Shown here piece after piece: positions 42,581 to 53,704 of a stretch of 64,000 nt of DNA (within the stretch, counting starts at the first letter, position 1; the number at the start of each line of letters is the position of its first letter). The notes under the pieces are model-generated. The model did not search any database and was not told where the DNA came from. It was given only the letters and a program-made list of their open reading frames with translations. Source of the stretch: Octopus vulgaris (Eukaryota). The position numbers and the translations under genes were made by a program. The stretch spans positions 6,386,001 to 6,450,000 of the forward strand of contig OX597841.1 in assembly GCA_951406725.2 (NCBI GenBank), read 5' to 3'.

Positions 42581-43159
42581 TCAGTCATATGGCTTCTCTC
42601 CTATATGGAAACGTTTGTGAGTAGCTAAGCTGTCACTTTGGCAGAATGATTTACCACAGACATCACAGTGACAAGGCTTCTCCCCAGTATGAATACGTTT
42701 GTGTACAGTCAAGTTATAATTTCGAGAAAATGATTTACCACAGATGTCACAGTCAAATGGTTTCTGCCCTGTATGAATGCATTTGTGTTTAGTTAGGGTA
42801 ATACTTTTAGAGAAAGACTTGCCACAGATGTTGCAGTGAACTGGCTTCTCCCCTGTATGAACACGTATATGAGTAGTTAAAATACTTTGGTCAGAAAATG
42901 ATGTACCACAGACATTACAATGATAAGGCTTCTCTCCTTTATGAAGACGTTTGTGTGACGTCAAGCTACCTTTCTGAAAGAATGATTTACCACAAATGTC
43001 GCAGTGAAATGGTTTCTCTCCAGTATGAATACGTTTGTGCTTATTTAAGTAAGCCTTTTGAGAGAAGGACTTTTTACAGACATCACAGTCATGTGACAAT
43101 TTCTGTCTCCCTTTTTCTTCAGGAAAAATCAGTTCCTTTAATTTCTCACTCTTTTCCAT
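42581..43159 (-). CDS. C2H2 zinc-finger array (6 intact fingers, TGEKP linkers); probably a truncated allele or pseudogene, since decayed fingers continue to ~42412
   Basis: CxxC-x12-HxxxH six times with HTGEKP linkers. The stop after KPYD appears to arise from a 2-bp loss in YD(C)DICG, and another finger (HCGVCGKSF...[16 protein letters not shown]) follows. Confidence 0.9.
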   Translation of the reverse strand: MEKSEKLKELIFPEEKGRQKLSHDCDVCKKSFSQKAYLNKHKRIHTGEKPFHCDICGKSFFQKGSLTSHKRLHKGEKPYHCNVCGTSFSDQSILTTHIRVHTGEKPVHCNICGKSFSKSITLTKHKCIHTGQKPFDCDICGKSFSRNYNLTVHKRIHTGEKPCHCDVCGKSFCQSDSLATHKRFHIGEKPYD

Positions 43160-43302
43160 TATGTTTCTTCGAAAATCACAATATATATATATTTCTTTTC
43201 TTGGTGATTACTTATTTAAACCTTTGGAGACAGAGCCTCATTTGGAGTTTCAGTGCCAAGAAGACAGCCCTTTTCACAAGCCCTACACAGGGCATACTGT
43301 TT

Positions 43303-43516
43303 ACTCTTTTACTTGTTTCAGTCATTTGACTGTGGCCATGCTGGAGCATTGCCTATAGTCGAGCAAATCAACCCCGGGACTTATTCTTTGTAAGACCAGT
43401 ACTTATTCTATCAGTCTCTTTTTGCCGAACCGCTAAGTGACGGGGACGTAAACACACCAGCATCAGTTGTCAAGCAATGCTAGGGGGACAAACACACACA
43501 CACAAACACACACACG

Positions 43517-43554
<38 letters not shown>

Positions 43555-43665
43555 TACGACAGGCTTCTTTCAGTTTCCGTCTACCAAATCCGCTCACAAG
43601 GCATTGGTCAGCCCGGGGCTATAGCAGAAGACACTTGCCCAAGATGCCACGCTGTGGGACTGAGA
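43303..43665 (-). mobile_element. SINE with an internal (CA)/(TA) microsatellite, 5'-truncated
   Basis: Minus strand tcagtcccacagcgtggcatcttgggcaagtgtcttct...; multiple relatives in the window. Confidence 0.8.
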
Positions 43666-44181
43666 GCTATTCTATTGGACGTCTGTCTAATCATTAAAAC
43701 ATTGATCTAATTATGAACATAGAAAGAAATTATACGTTAATCCCTATTATTGTAAGTAGTTGTATCCATAATGCTTTTATTTGCAGGGAGCAGAAATTGA
43801 AAGAAGATACATGAAATGGACATGTGTGCGTGGCTAATTTGGTGGGTGTTTTGCAGTGGTTTGTGTTTATCTCTCGAGTCAAATTGTTGTTAATTTGTCT
43901 GTAATAGCCCGGACAAGTCGAAATGTCTTTGTTTTTTTACTCCTTCACCTTTACTGGTCAAACGAGCCAGGAGCCATTCTCTGGTAAGTTGAAATAAAAA
44001 CAATAAGAATATTTTAATAGGTTTTAGCTTCAGTTTATATTTTATATGTTACCAGACAGTGTGTTTATAGTTAATTAAGTATACTAACACAGGTGCCTCC
44101 CTCCTAACTTCCAGAAAAGATTGATACTTTTTAATGAAATTTTCAACAAATACATTTCAGATGGTGTGGATTTCCATTATA

Positions 44182-46368
44182 TCAGAAGCTGAATAACAAA
44201 CGTTTTTTTTCTGGTCCCTCCAGGTGCATCAAGAAAAAAATACCCGCTTTTTGTTTCTGCATATGGTCAAAGATGGTACTGTAAGCCCTCTGTTGCTCAG
44301 GCAGAAGTTTGGACTCCTTTTGCTGGATGTATTGATTAAGGGCTTCAGTATCATAGGACGTTTCACGTATTAACTCTGTTGGTACTGAAGGCGTCCCGTG
44401 GCACACTGGTTGCGGCAGCCCATATGGAGGTAAGGTATGACCTGCCAGAGAAACAGTCTTGTTCTCTATGTCAAGTAAAGCACAGTTGTAAATGAAATCC
44501 TTTTCAGCTGGCAAGCAGGTATGATGCAGTTGGGCCTGGTAATGGAAGTCTTCTGGTCGGTCGTGTCTGTTCTTTAACCACAATGAATGGGGATTGGGAA
44601 GTTGGCAAATGTGCAGGAGTACAGAAAACAGAGCTCTGAGACGCTTCGGTGACTGTGAAACAGCAGCCTCCGCAGGCGTAGCATCCCACTGCACACCGTC
44701 TTCTAGCAGCCCATGTAGTAAGCAAGCCTCTCTGAATGTAGCACATGTATGGCCATTCACGGTCTTTAGTTGGTTGAAGGACTTTGGACCCTTTACCTCG
44801 TGAAGCAGCAATCGGAGGTAGAAGCATTCTTGTTGGCCCGGGTGAACCCTGTACTCTCTGCCGAGGCAATTATCAAATTTAATCTCAGGGTGACCATCAA
44901 CGGTTCAGCCTGACTTCCTTCGCTGCCACTTATTCCATGTGTAGTATGACGGGACTTGAGGATAAAGCAGATCTTGTGCAAACAGGTCTTACCTGGCAGA
45001 GTTTGAAGAAAGCCGTGAGTGTTGTATCTTTTGGTTGCTCAATCAGTCGAGCAGCATTGGAAGCGGTGAAGTATACACGCTGGGCGATTTCAAGGTGCAC
45101 TGCAAGCTGCTGGATTGGTGGATGCCTTTGATGCAGTGGAAACCCGAAAATGTGCCAAAAGGCTTTGTTACTACTTATGTACCTGCCTACTTGGTATTGC
45201 GTTATTTCATCTCGGACTCCGTCTGGTTGCAGGCCATACACAGCAGCATCAGCGCCTTTGTTGATGTACTTGCACACATATTTGATGGACTTTACAGAAT
45301 GGCAGAGCTCGACATTTATGTGAGCATCGAATGCCTTCGACAGGATTGGGCAGTAAGGCACTATCCATCTGTTGTCTACTTCATACGGACCAACATGTGC
45401 GGTGAATCCACCATCCTCTGCTTTCCGTCATGGAAACGCAGTGATCCCCGTCTAGGAATGAACAGTGTCTAAGAATGGATTTGGGTGCACAATTTTAAAC
45501 ATTGGACTTGGCAAAAACTAAAAAGTTAGTGCTCCAAATGGCGTAGTTTAGCGTTAGTATGTTTGAATAAATGTTTGGCAACGGAAGTTTGTAACGTAGT
45601 AGTGCACTGAGCCCCGGCAAAGGATGACTTTTGCTTAATTAAGAGTGTCAATAGGGTGAGTAGGGGTGCAAAAAAGTTATGATGCACGCCTTGTTGTCTC
45701 TACCCCCTAAGTAACACCATACGCAGCAACTAAGGCATGGGTATGGTTAACGGAGAAGCTATTGCAAGCAGTAATAGGGCTTCAAAAGCTTTGACGTGAT
45801 TTTTTACAATGAACAACCATTATGGCCCTCGACTAAGAACGCCTATTGCTCAATGTTACACATTGGAACTTGCAAAGAGTATGGAACATGGGTTCTTTTG
45901 CTGTCTTTCTTCAAAGTAAAAAGTGTAGCAATGGAATGACTAAACGTTTGGCAACTGGCTTTTTTAAGGTAGCATTACATTGAACCCTGGCAAAGAAAGG
46001 GTAAGTGCTTCATTTATTGGGCCAAAAAATGTGTCAAAAGGGTAGCTAGAGGTGCAAAACATGTTGGTGAATGATCCTTTTTGCTCTCTCCCACCAAAAT
46101 TAACGTGTAAAATGGAGCAATTCAGGCGTGAACAAAAGTTCAGCAACACATGTGCGCATAAGGTCACTTTATGTGTATGCCCCCCGCTCATGCATGCAGG
46201 TCACGGGGGTGATTTCCTCGCCATGACCTAGCTCTGACCTTGTGGAGCATGTGTATAAAATTTGAGGTCAATCGGACATTGAATGTAGATTTCTATAAAA
46301 AACATAAATGGCTACAGACACACTGACACACAGACACACACACACAAACTCAATTTTATAAATATAGA
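44182..46368 (-). mobile_element. Helitron remnant: 5' terminus plus frameshifted RepHel fragment, 3' end lost
   Basis: Rep Y2 motif HINVELCHSVKSIKYVCKYINKG, DEITQYQVGRYISS, VKGPKSFNQLKTVNG, and the start of helicase motif I (LDAPGGT, frameshifted) near 44215. The 5' end reads A|TCTATATTTATAAAATTGAGT followed by (TG)n at 46368. Confidence 0.9.
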
Positions 46369-46699
46369 TGTGTGTGTTTATGTGTGCGTGTGTGTGTATT
46401 AAACTCTCTATACGTTTTTACGTGTGTATGGATGTGTAGATGTGTATTTGTATTAATGGATGCTGAAAGTGTGTATTTATGGAAAGATGCTGTATGTATA
46501 TACAAGTATATGTGTGTATACATCATGCATGTATGTATGTGTTTTTATTTGCTTAGTCTGGAAGGCGGGGCAGAGCCCATGGCCTCTGCAGACCCTCCAA
46601 CACCATTGAGTTTCATGTCATTAATGTTCTGGTCTAACCCCTGCAAGAAAGATATGAGCAGGGAGAAGACAATTACGGTGGGTCGATGTTTCAGGGAGG

Positions 46700-47570
46700 A
46701 AAGAAGGACGGCGTAGATTGGTCAGACCAGGACTGAAGTTTGGATTGAAGAGAGGTGAGAGAGAGGAGTGGATCTGTGGTTGCTGAATTGGAGAGGGACA
46801 TGAACAGCGACCTTCACAGGCATGATGGAAACATGCCGGAGAGTAAAGAGTCTGTTCTTTAGGGGTTTAATGCCAATCAGTTGAGCAGCCCTTATTTGGA
46901 CGTGGTCCAAGGTGAATGGTTGAGGCTGATTGGTGAGGAATGAAAGTTTATATTGACTCCATGAGGATGGTCATTGTTGGATTTAGCAATAAGCAGGTGA
47001 TTGGCTTATGGAAGGAAGAGAAGATGTGACAGAACCAAACCCCTGGAGGTGCACGAGAGTTAATTATGAATGAGATGGAATGAGCTCCATCAACATAAGT
47101 TGCAATGGTGAGATCTGATTGGAAGCTACTGACTGAAGAGGTGTGAAATGGCTAGAAACCATACGTGGGAATTTTCTGGGTTTTTTTTCTTTGTAGGAGA
47201 TTCACATCCCAGACAGGGACAAAAGTTTTGTTGATATCTTGGGGTAACAACGTGGCTTTTACTGAACATCTCAGAAATGTCATCCGGCTGGTGAATGACA
47301 AGAAACCGTTGGTCCCCAAGTATAGAGAAGATGTGCTAATGGTCACTGGGCTGAGAGAGGGATTCAACGTGTTGGAGAAGGTCATTGTTTTCATTACCTG
47401 GGAGATGTTTGAGGTGAGAGCCATAGCGTGATACTTGATTGGGTTAAACGAGCTGCCTTTATTTGGAATGGGGCACACTGAAGCATGCCTGAAAATGTCA
47501 GTAATAATTGGAATTAATATGGATTTATAATCAACGTAGAGGAGCTGCAGGTTTCAAAGCAGTTACCCAT
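46700..47570 (-). mobile_element. Highly degenerate non-LTR retrotransposon RT fragment
   Basis: CPIPNKGSSFNPIKYHAMALTSNISQVMKT resembles P+PKKG...P.NYRPIAL.S.+SKVME; QDINKTFVPVW resembles DISKAFDRVW; C-terminal DHVQIRAAQLIG. Confidence 0.75.
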
Positions 47571-47603
47571 AAATGTTCTCCTTCCCACTGATTGTATAAC
47601 AGA

Positions 47604-47664
<61 letters not shown>

Positions 47665-48129
47665 GTGTATCTCTAGTTACCTGTCTGTCTGTCTATGTAA
47701 ATATATGTATGTGTGTCGGTGTGTGTATTTCTTAGCAGAGGTGTTGAATATATTTATCCTGCGGCAGTGTTTGCTGAGGTTGGTATTGTATCTTGCTGTA
47801 GCCAAAACATCATGTGACAGTGAGAGGGGGGAGGAAGCCCCTCGATGACATTCAGGCAGCTGATGATCACATGTGTTATTGCACGGTCAACATTTACTGT
47901 TGTGTATCTTGGTTGGCAATTTAAGGGTTTCACTGTCTCGTCTGTTCATTAGATACTCCATAGCTTTCTCCTGCTCTTGGGTCACAAATATTTAAAAAAA
48001 AATCCCCCAAAATAACATAGCCTTCAAGACGTGAAATGGTGTACCTATCACAATTTGTTTTAAGGTTGCACTTCAGGTCCCACTTCATTTCAAGTTTAAG
48101 GGAAACCATCATCATCACCATCGCTGTCA

Positions 48130-48440
48130 TCATCATCATTATCATAATCATTGAACATCTGCCTTCCATGCTGGCATGGGTTGGACGGTTTGAAAGGAGT
48201 TGGCCAGGCAGCAGCTGGCACCAGACTTCTCTATCTGTTTTATCAGGGTTTTTATGGCTGGATGCCCTTCCTAAAACCAATCACCCAGCAGAGTGGACCT
48301 TTTTTTACATGGCACAAGCACAGGCGAGGTCAGTTTTGGCAAGGTTCTCACAGTTTGATGCCTTTCCAAATGCCAACCACTACACAGTGTGGACTGAATG
48401 CTTTTCACATGGCACCAGCGCTAGCAGGGCCACCAAGTGA
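48130..48440 (-). mobile_element. SINE or retroposon with a (GAT)n tail
   Basis: (CAT)n followed by ttccatgctggcatgggttggacggtttga...ggctggatgcccttccta; inverted relative of 38970-39265. Confidence 0.72.
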
Positions 48441-49044
48441 CTTGAAAGACAAAGGTCCTTTGAGAAGGGAGGGGACATTGGAGGAGATGATCTTGTGTCA
48501 GATGATGAAAGCTTACACTGAGACAGAAACAGGTGTGTTTCAGTAGAGGAGGTACATAGTTACCCGGGCCATACATTATTGTTTATAGTATAGAGAATGT
48601 TTGTTTTCTTGTGTCGGCTGAGGTAGGCTAGTCCTACGCACCTGGGTTCAAACGAGAGGTCAACAGAAAGCGAATGTTTATTGAAGAGTCAGTTGCAGGA
48701 ACCGAAGGATGTTACAGACTTCATGCTTTAGCATTTGGTTTGATGTATCTATTTTTGCAACCGTTCTTTATACACTGCTGTGTGATATCGTTCAGTGATA
48801 TCAAACAGCCTTTAAAGCCTGCCTGGTGTTACTCTGGCATGGGATCCACGACCTAAACGGAGATTACTTTAGGTTACTTTTTAGTTTATTTTCCCATTTT
48901 TAAATACCTTTAAGATGTTGGCTAAAGATTTTTTACAATAAATTCTTCTGTACTTAGCATTGTAAATGCATTCTTTCAAACTTCTTTCTATTTTAATGAT
49001 GATAAAACTGTGTTTCCTGTAGGACTTAGTGAATAATGATCCTG

Positions 49045-49250
49045 TCTATTATAGGCACAAAGCCTGAAATTTGTGGGAGGGGCATAGTCGATTACATTGA
49101 TCCCCAGTACTCAACTGGTACTTAATTTATCAACCCCAAAATAATGAAAGGTAAAGTCGACCTCAGTGAAATTTGAACTCAGAACGTAGCGATGAGCGAA
49201 ATATCGCTAAGCATTTTGTCCAGAATGCTAATGATTCTGCCAGCTCACCT
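49045..49250 (-). mobile_element. tRNA-like SINE (same family as 6322)
   Basis: Reverse complement of gagctggcagaatc.ttagca...ttctgagttcaaatt.c.ctgaggtcgactt. Confidence 0.8.
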
Positions 49251-49557
49251 CCTTGACTTAGAGAATAATGATAAAAAAACAAAAACAGGAATAAAAATAA
49301 GCAACGAGTTTTGCAACGAAAGAAATGAACCTAAAGTACGATGATGGTAGTGGTGGTGGTGGGTGATGATGATGATGATTGTGGTGGTGATGATGATGAT
49401 GATGATGTAGACTGTCAAATGTACGAATGGAAAATATTTCAAGAAAGACAAAAAAAAACGGTCAAATTGGAATTAGTCAAGGGATAGAAATCACGTGGAA
49501 AACCAGAGTATTTCCCCCTCATCTGATAAAGTTACACGGAACTACCATCCGTCAATA

Positions 49558-49901
49558 TCTTCTTTATATATAAAACTATATATAAAAAACTACTCCCACA
49601 TTTTGCGGTGCAGTTTAACCAAAACCGGGTATCTTCCTGGGTATTAGCGCGCGTTTACGATGAGTCTACGATTTAAAAAATAATTTACCATCATTTTTTT
49701 CCATTTTAATGCATATTTTTAAACATAAGGGAAGTAAATCTCTAAAAATGTCTAAGATGAGTCAACGATTTAAAAAAAAATTACCATAATTTTTTTTCCA
49801 TTTTTAATGCATTTTTTGCTATCTTTTGGCTTTAACTCTCTAAAAATACGTATATAGTTATTTCCCCTACAAACCCGAGCAACGCCGGGCGATACTGCTA
49901 G
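49558..49901 (+). mobile_element. Complete non-autonomous Helitron (344 bp)
   Basis: 5' A|TCTTCTTTATATATAAAA; subterminal hairpin CCCGAGCAACGCCGGG (49874-49889); 3' CTAG|T at 49898-49901; no TSD; internal direct repeat acgatgagtc.acgatttaaaaaa..a.ttaccat. Confidence 0.85.
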
Positions 49902-51582
49902 TTTTTTTATAAAAGGAAGGACACTATTTAACACACACACACACACGGGTGCAGGCGTTTCACTGCATGACACCACAAACAAGTAATTTCTATTATAACT
50001 TCTTAGAAACTGAAAGTAGCCCGTTGTACGTGAATATATACAGGGTGTCCCCCACACGAATGTATACACACTTTAGATAATTGTAAAGTGGGTGTTTATT
50101 AATGTCACACGTTCATATCTATGTGTATGCGTAGATATACGTATATATGAATACATCCCCACTATTAGTACTATTTTGTTAAGCGCATCTAGTAAACAGT
50201 ATGAACTGTGTCTAAGGCGGATACGCACAGTGTGTATCACTCCGCTGTACATGTACAGTTTGTGAACATGCCAAGTAAAGAAACGAGTAGAATCATAAAA
50301 ATGCCTTCAGTGAGTTGTTTGTCATCTCACCACGAACCAAAAGAATACATAACACACTGGTTGTCATTAACAACAAGGTCCACATCAAATCTAATACTTT
50401 CTATACACAAAACTATATTACATCACATAATGTCGTATGGTGACTTGTATGTTTTAGGTTTGTTTGAATAGATTTTGCTTTTGATCACTGAGGTGGCTTT
50501 GCTTTCCTTTTTCCTCCTGAAATACTTCTGAACAGTTTTCGATACGATTCTGCCGTGTCTGCTGTGTTTAAACGATAGAAAGAAGACGGCAGGCGATAAA
50601 ATATATACACCAGGAAAATGGAGACGTTAAGAAATAGGTGACGATATTAAGTAAAGAATATTGATTCACTGTTGGGTGAATTCTTAGAAAATGAGCATTT
50701 TTCGTTGCCTTTTGGAGCTGGCAAACCAGTCTGAGTTGGTCAGATATAGGCTGCTGTTTCCAGACGTTCACTTGTGTCTTTTAGGTGAGTCCTAACCTCT
50801 GCCCCAAGGGACGAAGTCAAGAATTGCAGGGGAGCTGGTTCTGAAAGACTTGAATCGCCTCTCGTAAGTGGAATAGGAAATCTCTTAGGAGAGCTGTTTG
50901 TTGCTAGAGGCACAAAAACTGCAGTCGACAAGACTAGGTTTAAATGCTGACTAAACTTTTAAAAATGTTTACTGGTTGCACAAGTAAGAATTCAGGAGAG
51001 ATGCAGCGCATAAAAGGAAGGCATTTTCTGTTGTGTGTGTGTGTGTATTTATGTGTAATGTTGTGTGTGTGTGTGTATCCGACAGTCAGACAGAGAGAGA
51101 GAGGCAGAAAGTGACGTTCCCGGATACACACACACACACACAACATCACACATAAATACACACACACGCACAAACATAAACAGGCGTGTATACACAGACA
51201 CACAGACACACCGATACACACCCCAGACATCATTCGTCTTATGTGTATACATGTGTAATACTCCACCCTGTCTCTCCCCCTTTCTCTGTCTATAGACGTA
51301 TGTAAATATTCATACACACTTACATATATAATAAATATTTACCTGCTTCTGTACACATACATACATATACACACATCCGTTAGTTTTCCTTTCTTTTTCA
51401 CGTCCAAATTAATTATAATTCCTAATTAATGACTTAATTGTGACACATTTTATGTCATGTAACACTATTTAATTCATAAAAATACTGACAATGTCTCTTT
51501 GATTTTAAATAAATAATTTAGACTGAGATTTTAAACTCGTATTTCCCGCTTTTTTTCCCCACGTTTTTGTCATTCAAATTGT

Positions 51583-51597
51583 CGTTGCTAGGCAACG
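51583..51597. promoter_or_regulatory. RFX X-box palindrome upstream of a candidate first exon
   Basis: CGTTGCTAGGCAACG matches the RFX consensus GTTGC-N(1-3)-GGCAAC. It lies in a locally CpG-richer patch; a donor-like GAG|GTATGC is at 51743/51744. Confidence 0.5.
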
Positions 51598-52071
51598 GAT
51601 AGAAACAATTGAACGGGAAGCGGCAGAAGTTATAGAGAGACTCCAGACTGGGCGGTTTGTGTGATACCAGACCCGAAATATCACCAGACACCCTTAAGCA
51701 TGGGTGGTCACAGATGGATTTTACCCGTCGTCTTAACTACGAGGTATGCTTATGTGTGTGCAAGAAGGCTACGTATAATAATGTATAATTATATGTATAT
51801 ATATCTGTAGGTGTATATATATCTGAGTTTATATATGAATATGTATGTATGTATAATATTCTGCTTTCCTGTGGGTATAATTATGATGTATATTTATATT
51901 CCTATATAAATGTATCGGCAATCCTATACAATAGAGTCGGAAATTATCCAATATCTCAAATATTCCAATATCTTTTGATATTTCTTTTTTAAACTTGTAC
52001 ATATGCATGAATAAATGTATACACTAACACACATACATATAATACATATATACACACCTACATTTCTACAG

Positions 52072-52118
<47 letters not shown>

Positions 52119-53630
52119 CTGTGCATAACTACAGATGAACACCCCATCGACTCTGTTTCCTCATAACTTCCAGGAAAATGGATATTTTTAATGAAACTTC
52201 CACTTTCATTTTCTAACAGAAAAGGATGCTCTCAAAAGAAATCCTCTTTTACAAAGCTCTTATTTAAATCCCTGTGGATAAATCCCAGCAAGAATCTTCT
52301 CAGGCTCTCCAATATTTTACAATTATATAAAGAGAAAGAATCGGGGGCCAGGAAGTGGGGCTAAAAATAATCATAGATTTTTAAAATATCCTTTTTATTT
52401 TTTTATAACATAAATCTGTTTCTGAGGGAAAAATATTGAAAAACATCAAAACATTGAATGAGAAAAAAAGAAGACAAGGAGGGTGGTGTGCTAGAAACAA
52501 CAGCCAAATCTCCCTTAAATCACACACTTTTTCCCTCGAACCCTTACAAAATATTTTGCCAACAAATTTCTTTTTAATCGTAATCTACATCGTTTGAAAG
52601 TTATTTCTACCAAATTTCATTCAAAAATACCCATTTTTATACAGAAATACCTTTATACACATATATATTTATATATACCTACATATACACACATGTCTTT
52701 GCTATGTTTTTTAAACACATAAAACTCATAGATGCATACTTTTATAATATTTTACACTTAAACCGCCACAGGACAATATTTTTAGAGTTGCTCCTTAAAG
52801 TGTCCTTCACTTTTTTGATGAAAAACGATACAAATTTCAGAGTATTTGGCTGTTATTTCTAGCATGATGTTAGGCCATCTATAGGACAGTATTTGACATG
52901 GATGCTTTGAAAATTGTCCTTCGATTTTTATTTGTGATGAAACAAAAATGTGTAGGTGTTTGTGTCTCTTTCTAGCATGAAATGAGACCATATACAGGTC
53001 AATTTTATTTATAAAAGGTTCGTATCTGTCCTTCAAATTTTATATGAAAAATAAAGTGGTTTCTATTTCTAGCGTGGAAAATGACCAGCTATGGGAAAGC
53101 TTTTACTGAATGCTTCTTAAAGTGTCCTTCTCTTTTTTTCTGAACCCCCAACAGCAACAACAACAACAACAACAACCCTACGAGGACGAAAGGTAATGTT
53201 TGTGCGTGTGTGCAGTTGGAATGTCACTGCAACAACAACAACAAGAACAATCTATTCTTATTAAACGTTAAAAACTGTCAGATGCAGACTGCACACACGC
53301 ACACACAACGCTGATGACGACGACGACGATGATGATGATGATGATGATGGAGGCGGTGGCGGTGGTGGTTGTCGTCTGCTGTTGTTATTGTTGTTGTTGG
53401 TCGTCTGCCTTTTAATGGAGAATCAATGATTATGAAAGTCTCTGGTTTCGGACCAGACATTCCTATACATACATGCATGCGTATATATATATATATATAT
53501 ATCAGCCGAAATTACTACGATGATCCGGTTCTTGACTGAAGACTGAGGGGTTCGAATGTCCTGTCCATGTTTATTGTGTCGTCTTCTAAGAGTTATACGT
53601 TCTTGTCCATGTTGTATTTTTCTACATACC

Positions 53631-53699
<69 letters not shown>

Positions 53700-53704
<5 letters not shown>

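Noticed and set aside
50039-50100. TA-CAGGGTGTCCC Tc1/mariner-like terminus
   Set aside because: No matching opposite TIR found nearby; too short to define an element.
50480-50940. Complex, coding-looking stretch with short minus-strand ORFs
   Set aside because: In-frame stops in every frame I followed and no recognisable motif; I cannot support a gene call.
53500-53635. Short unique segment between (TA)n tracts containing CTGAAGA, possibly a PLE-3 pseudo-LTR piece or ribozyme
   Set aside because: No properly placed GAAA or stems, and no second copy in the window to confirm it.
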